Assembly: GCA_963714085.1 (NCBI GenBank)
Contig: OY970229.1
Coordinates: forward strand, 160,001-224,000
Source of the DNA: an uncultured Candidatus Micrarchaeota archaeon
GTDB lineage: Archaea > Micrarchaeota > Micrarchaeia > Anstonellales > Bilamarchaeaceae
DNA: 64,000 bases
Reading direction: 5' to 3'
Below, in pieces: positions 55,216-64,000 of this stretch. Positions within the stretch are counted from its first letter, which is position 1. Every line of letters begins with the position of its first letter. The notes beneath the pieces were generated by a model that ran no database searches, was not told the DNA's origin, and worked only from the letters and a program-made list of their open reading frames with translations. A program made the translations under genes and the position numbers.

Positions 55216-57020
55216 TAACCCAATTTACCTTTTATGGAGGTTAAAGTGGAACGCCCAGTTTGCGATAATAACGAATCGTAAGTAAATGGTGCATACCCAT
55301 CTGCGCCTCCTTTCCGTACGGCGGCAATGTCAGATGTTAAATCATTTATAAGTCCGTTCATTTGCGGGGCAACCCAACCTCGAACGCAAGCAACCATTTT
55401 TTTAGTCGGGTAAGCAGTTTTGAGTGTGGCAATATAATTACCCATATCTTCAGAAGTTCCGCCTTTCCCAGCATAACTATACGCCATTGGCATGATTATA
55501 TCAACCTGAGCAGACACTTTGTCCTGCCCAACTCCGCTCATAACACCAACGGAAGCGAATACGTCGGCTGATAGCGTTTTATTCGGGAATGCCGTCTTGA
55601 CCATCTTTACAAATGTTTCAACCGCGCTTGAATCATAATTCCAGATGCTAAGTTTGGCGATATTTGGCGGTGTACTTGAATCATGTATGAGTTGAATAGG
55701 ACCACCTGGTGTAGATACTTCGAAGACATCTTCAGGTTGCGGGTATCTTATATAATCCAGATTGATTCCGTATAAGCCGGGATAGGCACTCGTGATTTCG
55801 GTCAGAATTGCCAATTCCTGGTTTCTTACATCGCTACTTTTAGGGTCTGCAAACAAATGGCTCGTATAACTGGCATCCCATAACGGAATGCCTTTGCTGT
55901 CAAGGAAACCGTCAAGCTTATCAGCCCCTGGGATGCTAAGTGGGATATTGTTTAGACTGAATTTCAACTTTCCCGTCACTCCCTGAATCTGTGCTGCATA
56001 CGGATCCTGGAACACCGGGAACCATGCGTGGAACCTAATCGTTTTGTTCCCATAAACTTGTTTGCAAACGGACATTATGCTGCCATTAGGGTCGAAACGG
56101 GCTTTTTGGGCGCTAGTAATTATCGGACTGACTCTCCCGCTGTATGCGCTACTTGGATAAAGCAATTGCCCGTAAGCCCCGCATTGAGGCGCATGCAGTT
56201 GGTCGTCAACTTTGAACGGAAGGAAGATATCAGTGACCCCGGCGTTCATCAGGTCCTGGCAGGCCGCTTTTAAGGTCCCGCCACCCACCAGGGTCTGTAG
56301 TTTTGTCAGGTCGATGGGGAATCTCCGCGGGGATAGGCTGGGATCAAAGACTGGTCCTTTGCAAGCCGGGAAGGAGAACATCCCGAATTGGTTCTGCATA
56401 GGGAACATGGTGGGATCGTAGAACGACCCGGGGCAAGGCCTTATGAAGACCCCCTTTACAATGTTACTAACTGGTCTGCATGTTCCGGTATCTAAAGTAT
56501 ATCCCGTATCTCCAAGATCGGGTAACTCCGAATTGCTAAGCCAAGTCTTATTGACGAGCGCCACAATTTCCGTATTCGGGGCGCTAAAAAAAGCTGTGTA
56601 ATCAGGTGCATGACCCAAATTCTGGGTCTGGCCTTCGTATTGATTTGCTCCGGGAACGTTAGGGTTGGGTTTAAGCGTTTTATTGTTGAATTCATTGTTG
56701 GAGTAGGGGTGATTGCTGCTCAAGGAAACGCTTTGAGGCGGAGAACCTGCCCCAAAACCTACAGCCAGCTCAAGAGTGTACTCTGAATGATTTAACCTTA
56801 GCGGTTCAGATTGTGACAGAGGACTGGCGGCATAGGTTTCAGCTTGCATGGAACAAGTGTATTTCTTTGATACGGCAGTAACTGATCCACTCACAGCAGC
56901 ATCAGGTTGATCCGCCTTGACCCGGTCCACCAGCGGTTTGGTTCCGAAAAAAGACACCGCGACCGCGATAGCCACGAGCGTTCTTTTTATCGTTCTTTTC
57001 GTGGATTCCATCATCGCCAT
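55212..57020 (-). CDS. Secreted glycoside hydrolase-like TIM barrel (GHL10/DUF187-like)
   Basis: Signal peptide; FHAWFPVF, GINLDYIRYP, LSADVF and VDIIMPMAY motifs. Confidence 0.8.
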   Translation of the reverse strand: MAMMESTKRTIKRTLVAIAVAVSFFGTKPLVDRVKADQPDAAVSGSVTAVSKKYTCSMQAETYAASPLSQSEPLRLNHSEYTLELAVGFGAGSPPQSVSLSSNHPYSNNEFNNKTLKPNPNVPGANQYEGQTQNLGHAPDYTAFFSAPNTEIVALVNKTWLSNSELPDLGDTGYTLDTGTCRPVSNIVKGVFIRPCPGSFYDPTMFPMQNQFGMFSFPACKGPVFDPSLSPRRFPIDLTKLQTLVGGGTLKAACQDLMNAGVTDIFLPFKVDDQLHAPQCGAYGQLLYPSSAYSGRVSPIITSAQKARFDPNGSIMSVCKQVYGNKTIRFHAWFPVFQDPYAAQIQGVTGKLKFSLNNIPLSIPGADKLDGFLDSKGIPLWDASYTSHLFADPKSSDVRNQELAILTEITSAYPGLYGINLDYIRYPQPEDVFEVSTPGGPIQLIHDSSTPPNIAKLSIWNYDSSAVETFVKMVKTAFPNKTLSADVFASVGVMSGVGQDKVSAQVDIIMPMAYSYAGKGGTSEDMGNYIATLKTAYPTKKMVACVRGWVAPQMNGLINDLTSDIAAVRKGGADGYAPFTYDSLLSQTGRSTLTSIKGKLGY

Positions 57021-57314
57021 AGATAAGTATATGTGGCGACAAGTATTAAAATGTTGTGATAATAGGTGAATTTACATATATTCATGCAAAAAAATGTGGG
57101 ATTACACGGAAGTTCTGCCATTTTGTCAAAGCTTCTATAAATGGCGTGTCGGACTTGGCGCGGGCCGGAAAATCGGTGGTTTCGTGACATTCAAACTTTA
57201 CAATGCGCAAAATCGTAAACTTTCATGCATCAAGGTCAGGTTCGTGCCGTTGTGGAAATGGCTGGGCGAATGATAAAAAAGCAGATCCGGGGGCCCGGCC
57301 GCATGAAAAAAGCA

Positions 57315-58226
57315 TCAAATCTGCGCGGTCGGCGTGGTGACTTCCTTCGAGAGGATGTCCTTGCCCGTGAGCATGGTATAGGCCTGCAGGTACCTCTTGC
57401 TCGTGTTCTCTATCACTTCGGCGGGCAGGGCGGGCGGCGGCGGGCTCTTGTCCCAGCCGGTCTTCTCAAGGTAGTCGCGCACGAACTGCTTGTCCAGGCT
57501 CACGAGGTTCCCCTTCTCGTACTCGTCGCGGAGCCAGTACCTGCTCGAGTCCGGCGTCAATATCTCGTCTATGAGTATGGTCTGCTTGTGGCCGGTCGCG
57601 TCCAGTATGCTGCCGAACTCCAGCTTGGTGTCCGCCAGGACGAGGCCGGACTTGCGCGCATGGGATTTGCCGAACGCGTATATCTCCATGCTCTTCTTCC
57701 TGATGAAGTCGTAGGTGTCCGCTCCCACGAGCTTCCTCGCCGCGTCCTCGGTGATGTTCTCGTCGTGGCCCTTCTCGGCCTTGGTGGACGGGGTGAATAC
57801 CGGGTGCGGGAGCTCGCTCCCGTTCTTCAATCCTTTCGGCAGCTCGATGCCGCAGACCTTGCCGCCCTTCTCGTACTCCTTCCATGCTGAGCCGGTCAGG
57901 TAGCCGCGCACCACGCATTCGAGCTGCACCGGCTCGGCCCTGGAGACTATCATGCTGCGCTTCTCCAGGAACGCGGGAAGCTTCGCTGGTATCGCGTTGG
58001 TGATGAAGTGGTTCTTGACGATGTCGCTCGTGAGCTTGAACCAGAATATCGACAGAGAGTTGAGCACCGCGCCCTTGTACGGGATCCCTTCCTTGAACAC
58101 GACGTCGAAGGCGCTCAGGCGGTCGCTCGCGACCATGAGCAGGTTGTTGTCCAGCTGGTAGGTGTCGCGCACCTTCCCCTTCTTCACGAGATTAAGATCC
58201 AGTTTAGTGTCGGTGATTACGTCCAT
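57315..58226 (-). CDS. purC: SAICAR synthetase
   Basis: GKVRDTY, SDRLSAFD, ECVVRGYLTGS, ADTKLEFG and DEILTPDSSRYW motifs. Confidence 0.97.
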   Translation of the reverse strand: MDVITDTKLDLNLVKKGKVRDTYQLDNNLLMVASDRLSAFDVVFKEGIPYKGAVLNSLSIFWFKLTSDIVKNHFITNAIPAKLPAFLEKRSMIVSRAEPVQLECVVRGYLTGSAWKEYEKGGKVCGIELPKGLKNGSELPHPVFTPSTKAEKGHDENITEDAARKLVGADTYDFIRKKSMEIYAFGKSHARKSGLVLADTKLEFGSILDATGHKQTILIDEILTPDSSRYWLRDEYEKGNLVSLDKQFVRDYLEKTGWDKSPPPPALPAEVIENTSKRYLQAYTMLTGKDILSKEVTTPTAQI

Positions 58227-58228
58227 CT

Positions 58229-59137
58229 TTATCGAGCCTTCATTCCCTTCATTATGCGCACGAGCTCCGCGTACATCGCCATGCTGAGCACCGGCCTCCC
58301 GAACGCCTCCCTATCATCCGCCAGCCGCGGGCACGCGGTGACGACATAACACTCAAACGACATAAAATTATTTAAAGCTGATGCCGAGATTTCGTTTGAA
58401 ACGAGTATTTCGGCCCTCTTCCCGAGCGCTTCGAGCTCTTTTTTTATTTTTTCCGCGAGCGGAAGGTTGTATTGCCCGATCTTCGTGCTCACCAGGATGC
58501 CGAACGCCCCCGCGTCCACTGCCGCGAGTATCGCGCCCCTCCTCCTTTTCCTCAATCGTTCTATCTCGTCGTTTATCTGCCTTGTCTGCCCGGATTTGGG
58601 GTGTATCACGAAGACCGGCTTGTCGATGTCTATCGCTAAAGCGTGGAAGTTCCCGTCGCCCACGAAGACCACCGCGTCCGCCTTGCTTGCGGCGTTCGTC
58701 ACCGCGCCAGCGTCGCATCCGAGCACCTGGCCCTCGTACGCGGCGAGCGTGCCTTTGGACATGTGGACCTCCTTGCCTGCCTGCTCCAGGATCCTCTTCA
58801 TCGCATCCAGCTGATGGACGTGCTGGACCGTGGTGGCCAGGGCGACGGACCTGGGATCCAGCTGTTTCACCGCCTTCCCGAAATTCGCCAAATCGACGTC
58901 TATCTTCCATTCCACGTATTCCACTTCGATCGGGAGCTTCGTCCTTACGAAGCGGGCGTGGCCGAAATGGATTATCCTGTCCGCGTTCACCGCCTTCGCC
59001 TCGTCCAGGGCGAGGTCGCACGCGCCGTAGCAGGAGGAGCCGGAGAGGAACACCTGGTGGCCCTCTTTCTCGTATTTCTCAGCGTATTCGACGGCCTCTT
59101 TCTTCAGACCCTCTGGAAATTGCAAAAGGAGTCTCAT
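58229..59137 (-). CDS. dph2: Diphthamide biosynthesis enzyme Dph2
   Basis: LQFPEGLK, CYGACD, IHFGH, GQVLGC, VSTKIGQ and TACPRL motifs. Confidence 0.96.
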   Translation of the reverse strand: MRLLLQFPEGLKKEAVEYAEKYEKEGHQVFLSGSSCYGACDLALDEAKAVNADRIIHFGHARFVRTKLPIEVEYVEWKIDVDLANFGKAVKQLDPRSVALATTVQHVHQLDAMKRILEQAGKEVHMSKGTLAAYEGQVLGCDAGAVTNAASKADAVVFVGDGNFHALAIDIDKPVFVIHPKSGQTRQINDEIERLRKRRRGAILAAVDAGAFGILVSTKIGQYNLPLAEKIKKELEALGKRAEILVSNEISASALNNFMSFECYVVTACPRLADDREAFGRPVLSMAMYAELVRIMKGMKAR

Positions 59138-59157
59138 GGTGGTTCAGCCAGGACGGA

Positions 59158-60402
59158 TTAGTTTTTCGCTTGTTTCTTGGGTTGCGCTGAAGCGGCGAAT
59201 CTCGCGGGGTCGGCTGCGACCTTATCCAGTATGAGTTTTATGTAATCCTGCAAGCCCGCCGTGTCTCCGGTCTTGGCCGCCCTTTCCTTCTGGTCTTCGA
59301 ATTTGTTGGGTACGATGTCAGGGCTGATGGCCGAGCCGCGCTTCTCGTATTCCGCTACCTTCGCGTACGCGGCGCGTATCCGCTCTGCGGTCGGCTTCGG
59401 GGCCTTGGCTTTCACGGCTTTGGGCGCCTTGAGCGCGGCCGCCCCGCCTAAAGGCGACGGGGTGTCGACCTCCTTTTCCGGCGCTTTCCCCTGCTCTACG
59501 CGTTGCTGGCCGACCGCGGCTTCGGTCAAGGCAGCCGGGGTCGTGCCCACGCTCTTGGCCAGGAACTCGTTCATGTCATTGACCTGGGATCCGGAGAGCT
59601 TCGGCTTCTCCTCCTTTTCCTCGGCGCGCGCGGCTGCCGGCTCCTTCTCGTGGTGCTCGGTGCCCTTGTCTCGCGCTTTCCTCGCAGCCTCCTCCGCGAT
59701 CTCGTAGAGGTCGTAATTGACGGCGAGCATGAAGTTCTGCGCGACCTGCCTCTCCATGGCTGTGAAGCCGGGGGCGACAGACCCTTTGACATCCTTGAGC
59801 GAGAGGAACGATGTGAATCCGGCGAGGCGGGCGGCTTCCCGAATTGTTTCTCCATATCTCCTGAGTACCTCTTCGCGTGTTATACTTTGAGTTTCAGCAG
59901 CATACTCAACCAACCGTTTTTGAGAATCCAACTCATTCGCAGGTTGCAAGCCAAGTCCTGCTCGTATTTTGTTGTTCTCTTTGTGGTACATTTCCAATGC
60001 TGTTCCTGCTCTTTCGCTGTCACCAGCGACCAATGCTTTAGTACCTTCCACGGCTAGCATTGTTTCGTTAGCACTATTTTGATTATAGAGAATATTAACC
60101 TGCTCAAAGACTGTTCTGACAAGAACCTTTGACCCCATCTCACTTCCAACAACATGATACGCAGCAAGTTCCCTTGCGCATGCTGCAGCTCCGTCATGTT
60201 GACCAAGATGCGGTTCGATATGTTTCCAGTTCTCATTCAGGAATTTTTTCTGTTCTGAATTGAGTATGGGTGACTGTAATAACATTTCGTGCGTATCGGT
60301 TTTGGCGTGAACTGCGATTCGACTAGCGACTAGAGGAGTTAAAGAAGCGGATGCTCCTTTGGCTACAAATTCGTCCGGTTGTTCGACTTGCTTTCCTGCC
60401 AT
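59158..60402 (-). CDS. Hypothetical protein, compositionally mosaic
   Basis: 414-aa ORF; 5' half AT-rich, 3' half GC-rich with a Lys/Ala/Glu low-complexity region. Confidence 0.7.
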   Translation of the reverse strand: MAGKQVEQPDEFVAKGASASLTPLVASRIAVHAKTDTHEMLLQSPILNSEQKKFLNENWKHIEPHLGQHDGAAACARELAAYHVVGSEMGSKVLVRTVFEQVNILYNQNSANETMLAVEGTKALVAGDSERAGTALEMYHKENNKIRAGLGLQPANELDSQKRLVEYAAETQSITREEVLRRYGETIREAARLAGFTSFLSLKDVKGSVAPGFTAMERQVAQNFMLAVNYDLYEIAEEAARKARDKGTEHHEKEPAAARAEEKEEKPKLSGSQVNDMNEFLAKSVGTTPAALTEAAVGQQRVEQGKAPEKEVDTPSPLGGAAALKAPKAVKAKAPKPTAERIRAAYAKVAEYEKRGSAISPDIVPNKFEDQKERAAKTGDTAGLQDYIKLILDKVAADPARFAASAQPKKQAKN

Positions 60403-60433
60403 AGAATAAAAATAGAAAAGATATTTTATTAAG

Positions 60434-61108
60434 TTACCTGTTGGCCGACAATTTGGCTATTTTTGTATCATCTTGTATACGTCGGTATGCTTGACCAGTA
60501 GATACATCGTTAGACTCTTTTCTATACCTAAGCCCGAGAAGTGGGAGACCCGCTTTAAGGTCTGAGCTGTCATTTGGCTTTGGTTTTTCATCGACGAAAG
60601 TAACCCATGCTGTAGCCCCCGCATCGTCAACGTCAACCATTATTTTTGCTAATGGATTATCCTTGGGTTTACGACCTTCAGCTGCGCATGCTTCGACGTA
60701 GTAGTCATAGAGCTTCTGGAGGCTTATGTCAACTTCAACGTTATCCCCATTTCGGTTATTTGGATCTTTAGGGTAAGTGATAATCAGTTTTTTCTCCTTT
60801 GTGTTGGCGTCAGTAAATGCGTATACTCCAATGTATACTCCTTTATCGCCGTTGGTTAAAACTCGTGAACCTCCGTCATCAGCATAGCTTACTGGATATT
60901 TCGATCCCACGAGTGCATCCAATTTTCTTAGCGCCTCCAGCGAAAACGTCTTGAGCTCGCTAACCCCCTGAGCGTGGGCTATGCCTTCTGAAAGGCCCAA
61001 GTATTTGAGAACACTAGAAGCTGACTTAGGCAAACGAGTAGTTAGTCCCAAAGCAGCGGCTGTTACGAACAGCATCTGTCTCCGGTTCAAACCCTTACTT
61101 TCATCCAT
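60434..61108 (-). CDS. Putative Tat-exported protein
   Basis: LNRRQMLFVTAAAL twin-arginine-like signal and AHA cleavage-like site. Confidence 0.7.
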   Translation of the reverse strand: MDESKGLNRRQMLFVTAAALGLTTRLPKSASSVLKYLGLSEGIAHAQGVSELKTFSLEALRKLDALVGSKYPVSYADDGGSRVLTNGDKGVYIGVYAFTDANTKEKKLIITYPKDPNNRNGDNVEVDISLQKLYDYYVEACAAEGRKPKDNPLAKIMVDVDDAGATAWVTFVDEKPKPNDSSDLKAGLPLLGLRYRKESNDVSTGQAYRRIQDDTKIAKLSANR

Positions 61109-61152
61109 ATACTCCCCCGGACTATATACGCACATTCAGACTATTTAAACCT

Positions 61153-61168
61153 ACCGAACGCGTTCGGT
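61153..61168. promoter_or_regulatory. Perfect 16-bp palindrome (operator-like)
   Basis: ACCGAACGCGTTCGGT next to TTTAAA (61144-61149); partial copy CCGAACGCG at 61191. Confidence 0.5.
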
Positions 61169-61383
61169 GCCACGACTGAGAAAAAACGACCCGAACGCGG
61201 GTTTTTAGGTGGTTGGAGATGAATGCCGCGTGGGACTACGACAAAGGACGTAATGAAGAGTACTGACTGTGTAAAATAAAATTTGAAGATTTTGATTTTT
61301 ATAACGTCTCAAGACGACGAAATTTACGAAACGAATACTTTTTTCCACAAATACTACCGTTTAAATAATTTACTAATCATTAT

Positions 61384-63423
61384 ATGATTGTGGGAATAAC
61401 ACGAGTAAAACGATTACCAAGGACAATGCAACTAGTCATGTCGGGACTGTTAGCGCTAAAGCTTTCAGGTTGTGCACCTCTTCCCGAGCCAGCGTACCCC
61501 AAAAATGTGCCGAACGAAATGACCACGAGCAGCATTATCAAAACGCTAAAAAAAGGAGGAGATTACGAAGCGTATGATCGTGCTCTCAGAGATCTAGCTA
61601 GTATGGGAACCCCTGCAGTTTCAGCAGTAGTTTCTGCACTTATTGAAACCTTAGGGAATAACGATACAAACACACGAAGTCGTGCTACTCTTGCACTTGT
61701 AGATATTGGAATGGCTGCAGTTCCTGAACTTATCAAAGCGCTGGGAGACGGAAGGGCATTTGTGCTAGAAAATTCTGCTGAAGCGATTGGAGAGATTGCA
61801 AAAAGGAATCCAAACAATAGCGACATTAAAAATGCAATTCCTGCGCTAATAGAAACCTTCGTACATAAAGATTGGAATGTAAAACGTGCGGCTGCCAAGG
61901 CACTTTGCAATATTGATGAAAACAGCCGTTACATTAATCAAACTGTGAAAGTTGATTTTGCAAAGGTTGTTCCAGTTTTGATTGAGATTTTGGATAAGGG
62001 AGATACGGATCTGAGAAAAGCTGCTGCATTTGCAGTGAAAAGTATTGCCAAAGCGGGACGGGAAGACGCTGAGTTCATAAAGGCAGTTCCTAAGCTGATT
62101 GAAAAGCTGATGGATGAAAATGAACACGTGCAGATGAACGTTGCCTTTGCACTTGGAGATATTAAAGATGTACGAGCCATTCCTAAACTAATTGAAAGAT
62201 TGTCTGACAAAAAATCAAATGCCCAGCCGACTTTTGCTATAGTGCTCGGGGAGATTAAAGACGTACGTGCTCTTCCTGCACTGATTAATGCGCTGAAGGA
62301 TACAGATGAGATAGTACAATTGGATGCTGCCGAAGCGATTGGCGAAATCGGTAAAGCGAATCCAGGAAATGCCGAAGTTGTGAAAGCTATTCCTGCACTA
62401 GTTAAGATGTTAACGAGCATGCATTCCGAAGTGCAAAAGACTGCTGCTAAATCGAAGGATAAACATGAAGTAGTACAATTTGAAGCTGCCAGAGCCCTTG
62501 GAAATATAGGTGAAGCGAATCCAGGAAATGCCGAAGTTGTGAAAGCTATTCCTGCACTAGTTAAGATGTTAAAGAATGTAAATCCTGACTTGCGAAAGAC
62601 TGCGGCCAGATCACTTGGAATGATTGCCATGGCGGGCCTAACGGATCCTAAAATCATAGTTTCTGTTGATCTAGGAATGGATGTGAGAAGCACTGCATTT
62701 ATAGAAGCTGTTTCTGCACTAATCGAAGCGATGGCGTACGGGGGTGAGGAGGTACAAGCAAGTGCTGCTCTGGCATTCATAGAGATTGAAAATTTACTTA
62801 GTATCCGTACGGTGGTGGAGGCAGTGAGTGATGGAGGCACAGAAAAGGACAAAGACGAGCTATTTGAACGAACCATAAACACACGTGTCGTCTCTCTGCT
62901 GATGGAAGCGCTAGAGAACGGAAATGAGACCGCCCGAGCGGGTGCTAGTTGGATGCTTGGAATGGCTAACAAAATGCCTTGGCATTTCGATTTTACGAAA
63001 GCAGTTCCTTTATTGGTTGAAAGTCTGAATGATAAAAGTTGGAAGGTACAATTAAATGCCATAGGGGCACTTGGGAAGCTTGCAGCAAAGAATCATAATA
63101 ATAACGAGTTTGTGAAAGCCGTTCCTGCATCGGTTAAAATGCTCGGTAGCGAATTTGAAGAAATACGGTTAAATGCCATTTTTTTGCTTGGAAAGATTGC
63201 AGAAGCGAATCCTGGAAATGCTGAGATTTTAAATGCGGTTCCTACGCTTATTAAAAAACGAAATGATAAAGTTGTGAGCATACGAAGGAACATAGTTCTG
63301 GTGCTTGGAAAAATCAGAGACCCGCGTGCATTGCAAGCCCTCAAAGAACTAAGTGAAAACGATACAGATCAAAGTGTAAGACAAGCCGCAGCAGATGCAG
63401 TAGGGGCGATGTCTAAAGAATAA
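61384..63423 (+). CDS. HEAT-repeat lipoprotein-like protein, AT-rich
   Basis: LSGC lipobox-like signal; many AIPALIxxL..VxxxAAxALG repeats. Confidence 0.9.
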   Translation: MIVGITRVKRLPRTMQLVMSGLLALKLSGCAPLPEPAYPKNVPNEMTTSSIIKTLKKGGDYEAYDRALRDLASMGTPAVSAVVSALIETLGNNDTNTRSRATLALVDIGMAAVPELIKALGDGRAFVLENSAEAIGEIAKRNPNNSDIKNAIPALIETFVHKDWNVKRAAAKALCNIDENSRYINQTVKVDFAKVVPVLIEILDKGDTDLRKAAAFAVKSIAKAGREDAEFIKAVPKLIEKLMDENEHVQMNVAFALGDIKDVRAIPKLIERLSDKKSNAQPTFAIVLGEIKDVRALPALINALKDTDEIVQLDAAEAIGEIGKANPGNAEVVKAIPALVKMLTSMHSEVQKTAAKSKDKHEVVQFEAARALGNIGEANPGNAEVVKAIPALVKMLKNVNPDLRKTAARSLGMIAMAGLTDPKIIVSVDLGMDVRSTAFIEAVSALIEAMAYGGEEVQASAALAFIEIENLLSIRTVVEAVSDGGTEKDKDELFERTINTRVVSLLMEALENGNETARAGASWMLGMANKMPWHFDFTKAVPLLVESLNDKSWKVQLNAIGALGKLAAKNHNNNEFVKAVPASVKMLGSEFEEIRLNAIFLLGKIAEANPGNAEILNAVPTLIKKRNDKVVSIRRNIVLVLGKIRDPRALQALKELSENDTDQSVRQAAADAVGAMSKE

Positions 63424-63628
63424 AGGCGATTTAAGCGCTTACATGCTCCGTTTATTCTCAAGTCTTATATCAGCAGGGGTTCTCCAGACACAAAATCACC
63501 AGTTTTGTCTTGAAAACATCCAGACTGGGCTTTGCACCTAAAGTCAAGAACCTGCACCTAAAGTCGCCTAAACGACGGACTTAAAATGCAACGCTTCCAG
63601 ACTGCAAACCCTTTTAATTCAAAACAAG

Positions 63629-64000
63629 CTAACTATCGATGGGGGTAATGGTGAAAAAGGACGAAAAGCTAGCTAGCGAAGCAAAACCGCTCAAGACGAA
63701 GGTTCCCAATCGTCCATCCCGTCCCAGCGGGAAAATACCCGAAAAAATGCTAAACAGGATGTCCATCGGATTCGACAGGTCGTTTATCACCAACACGATG
63801 AGCGCCGGCGAGGCCATACAAGACCTCCACAGCAGGGTGAACCCGAAGACCGCAAGATGGCACAAATCCCAGGATTTCATCCCCCATATCGTATACACCA
63901 TCGCAGTCCTGATACTATACCTCATCGTGATCGCCCCCATGTGGATGACGGTCTCCGTTCTCTTCGGAGTGATTTACGGATCCATGAGCATGATAGCACT
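63629..64000 (-). CDS. 3' part of a hypothetical protein, cut by the window edge
   Basis: An ORF ends at 63629; the true frame and strand are uncertain. Confidence 0.25.

Noticed and set aside
63533..63565. TGCACCTAAAGTC direct repeat (two copies, 20-bp period) as a replication origin or iteron
   Set aside because: Only two copies, no ORB-like G-string, and no cdc6/rep gene visible.

Overview
Archaeal chromosome segment, most likely from a DPANN archaeon of Micrarchaeota type (inference from eL15, Dph2, the A-type ATPase, a BHB tRNA intron and gene style). Core genes: a complete A1Ao ATP synthase operon (H-I-K-E-C-F-A-B-D), rpl15e, an Rpp30-like gene, purC, dph2, an intron-containing tRNA-Cys, and a minimal group-3-type [NiFe]-hydrogenase module. 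Between them lie many accessory genes: a five-gene secreted ankyrin array, a HEAT-like paralog trio, a trio of unknown ~430-aa paralogs, two radical SAM enzymes with a divergent double-Lrp regulator, two toxin-antitoxin pairs, and many surface or lipoproteins. Two signals stand out. (1) Accessory genes are repeatedly bracketed by orphan copies of the 3' tail of the neighbouring anchor gene (atpD x3, a CN-hydrolase-like gene, a glycoside hydrolase gene, an M48 peptidase gene, probably rpl15e). Where the tails differ, the changes are mostly synonymous. This suggests cassette accretion at gene 3' ends, with no integrase in the window. (2) A fluoride (crcB-class) riboswitch precedes a 50-aa zinc-ribbon micro-protein rather than a fluoride exporter, and is followed by ~440 nt of highly structured non-coding DNA. 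All family assignments come from motif recognition by eye; no searches were run.
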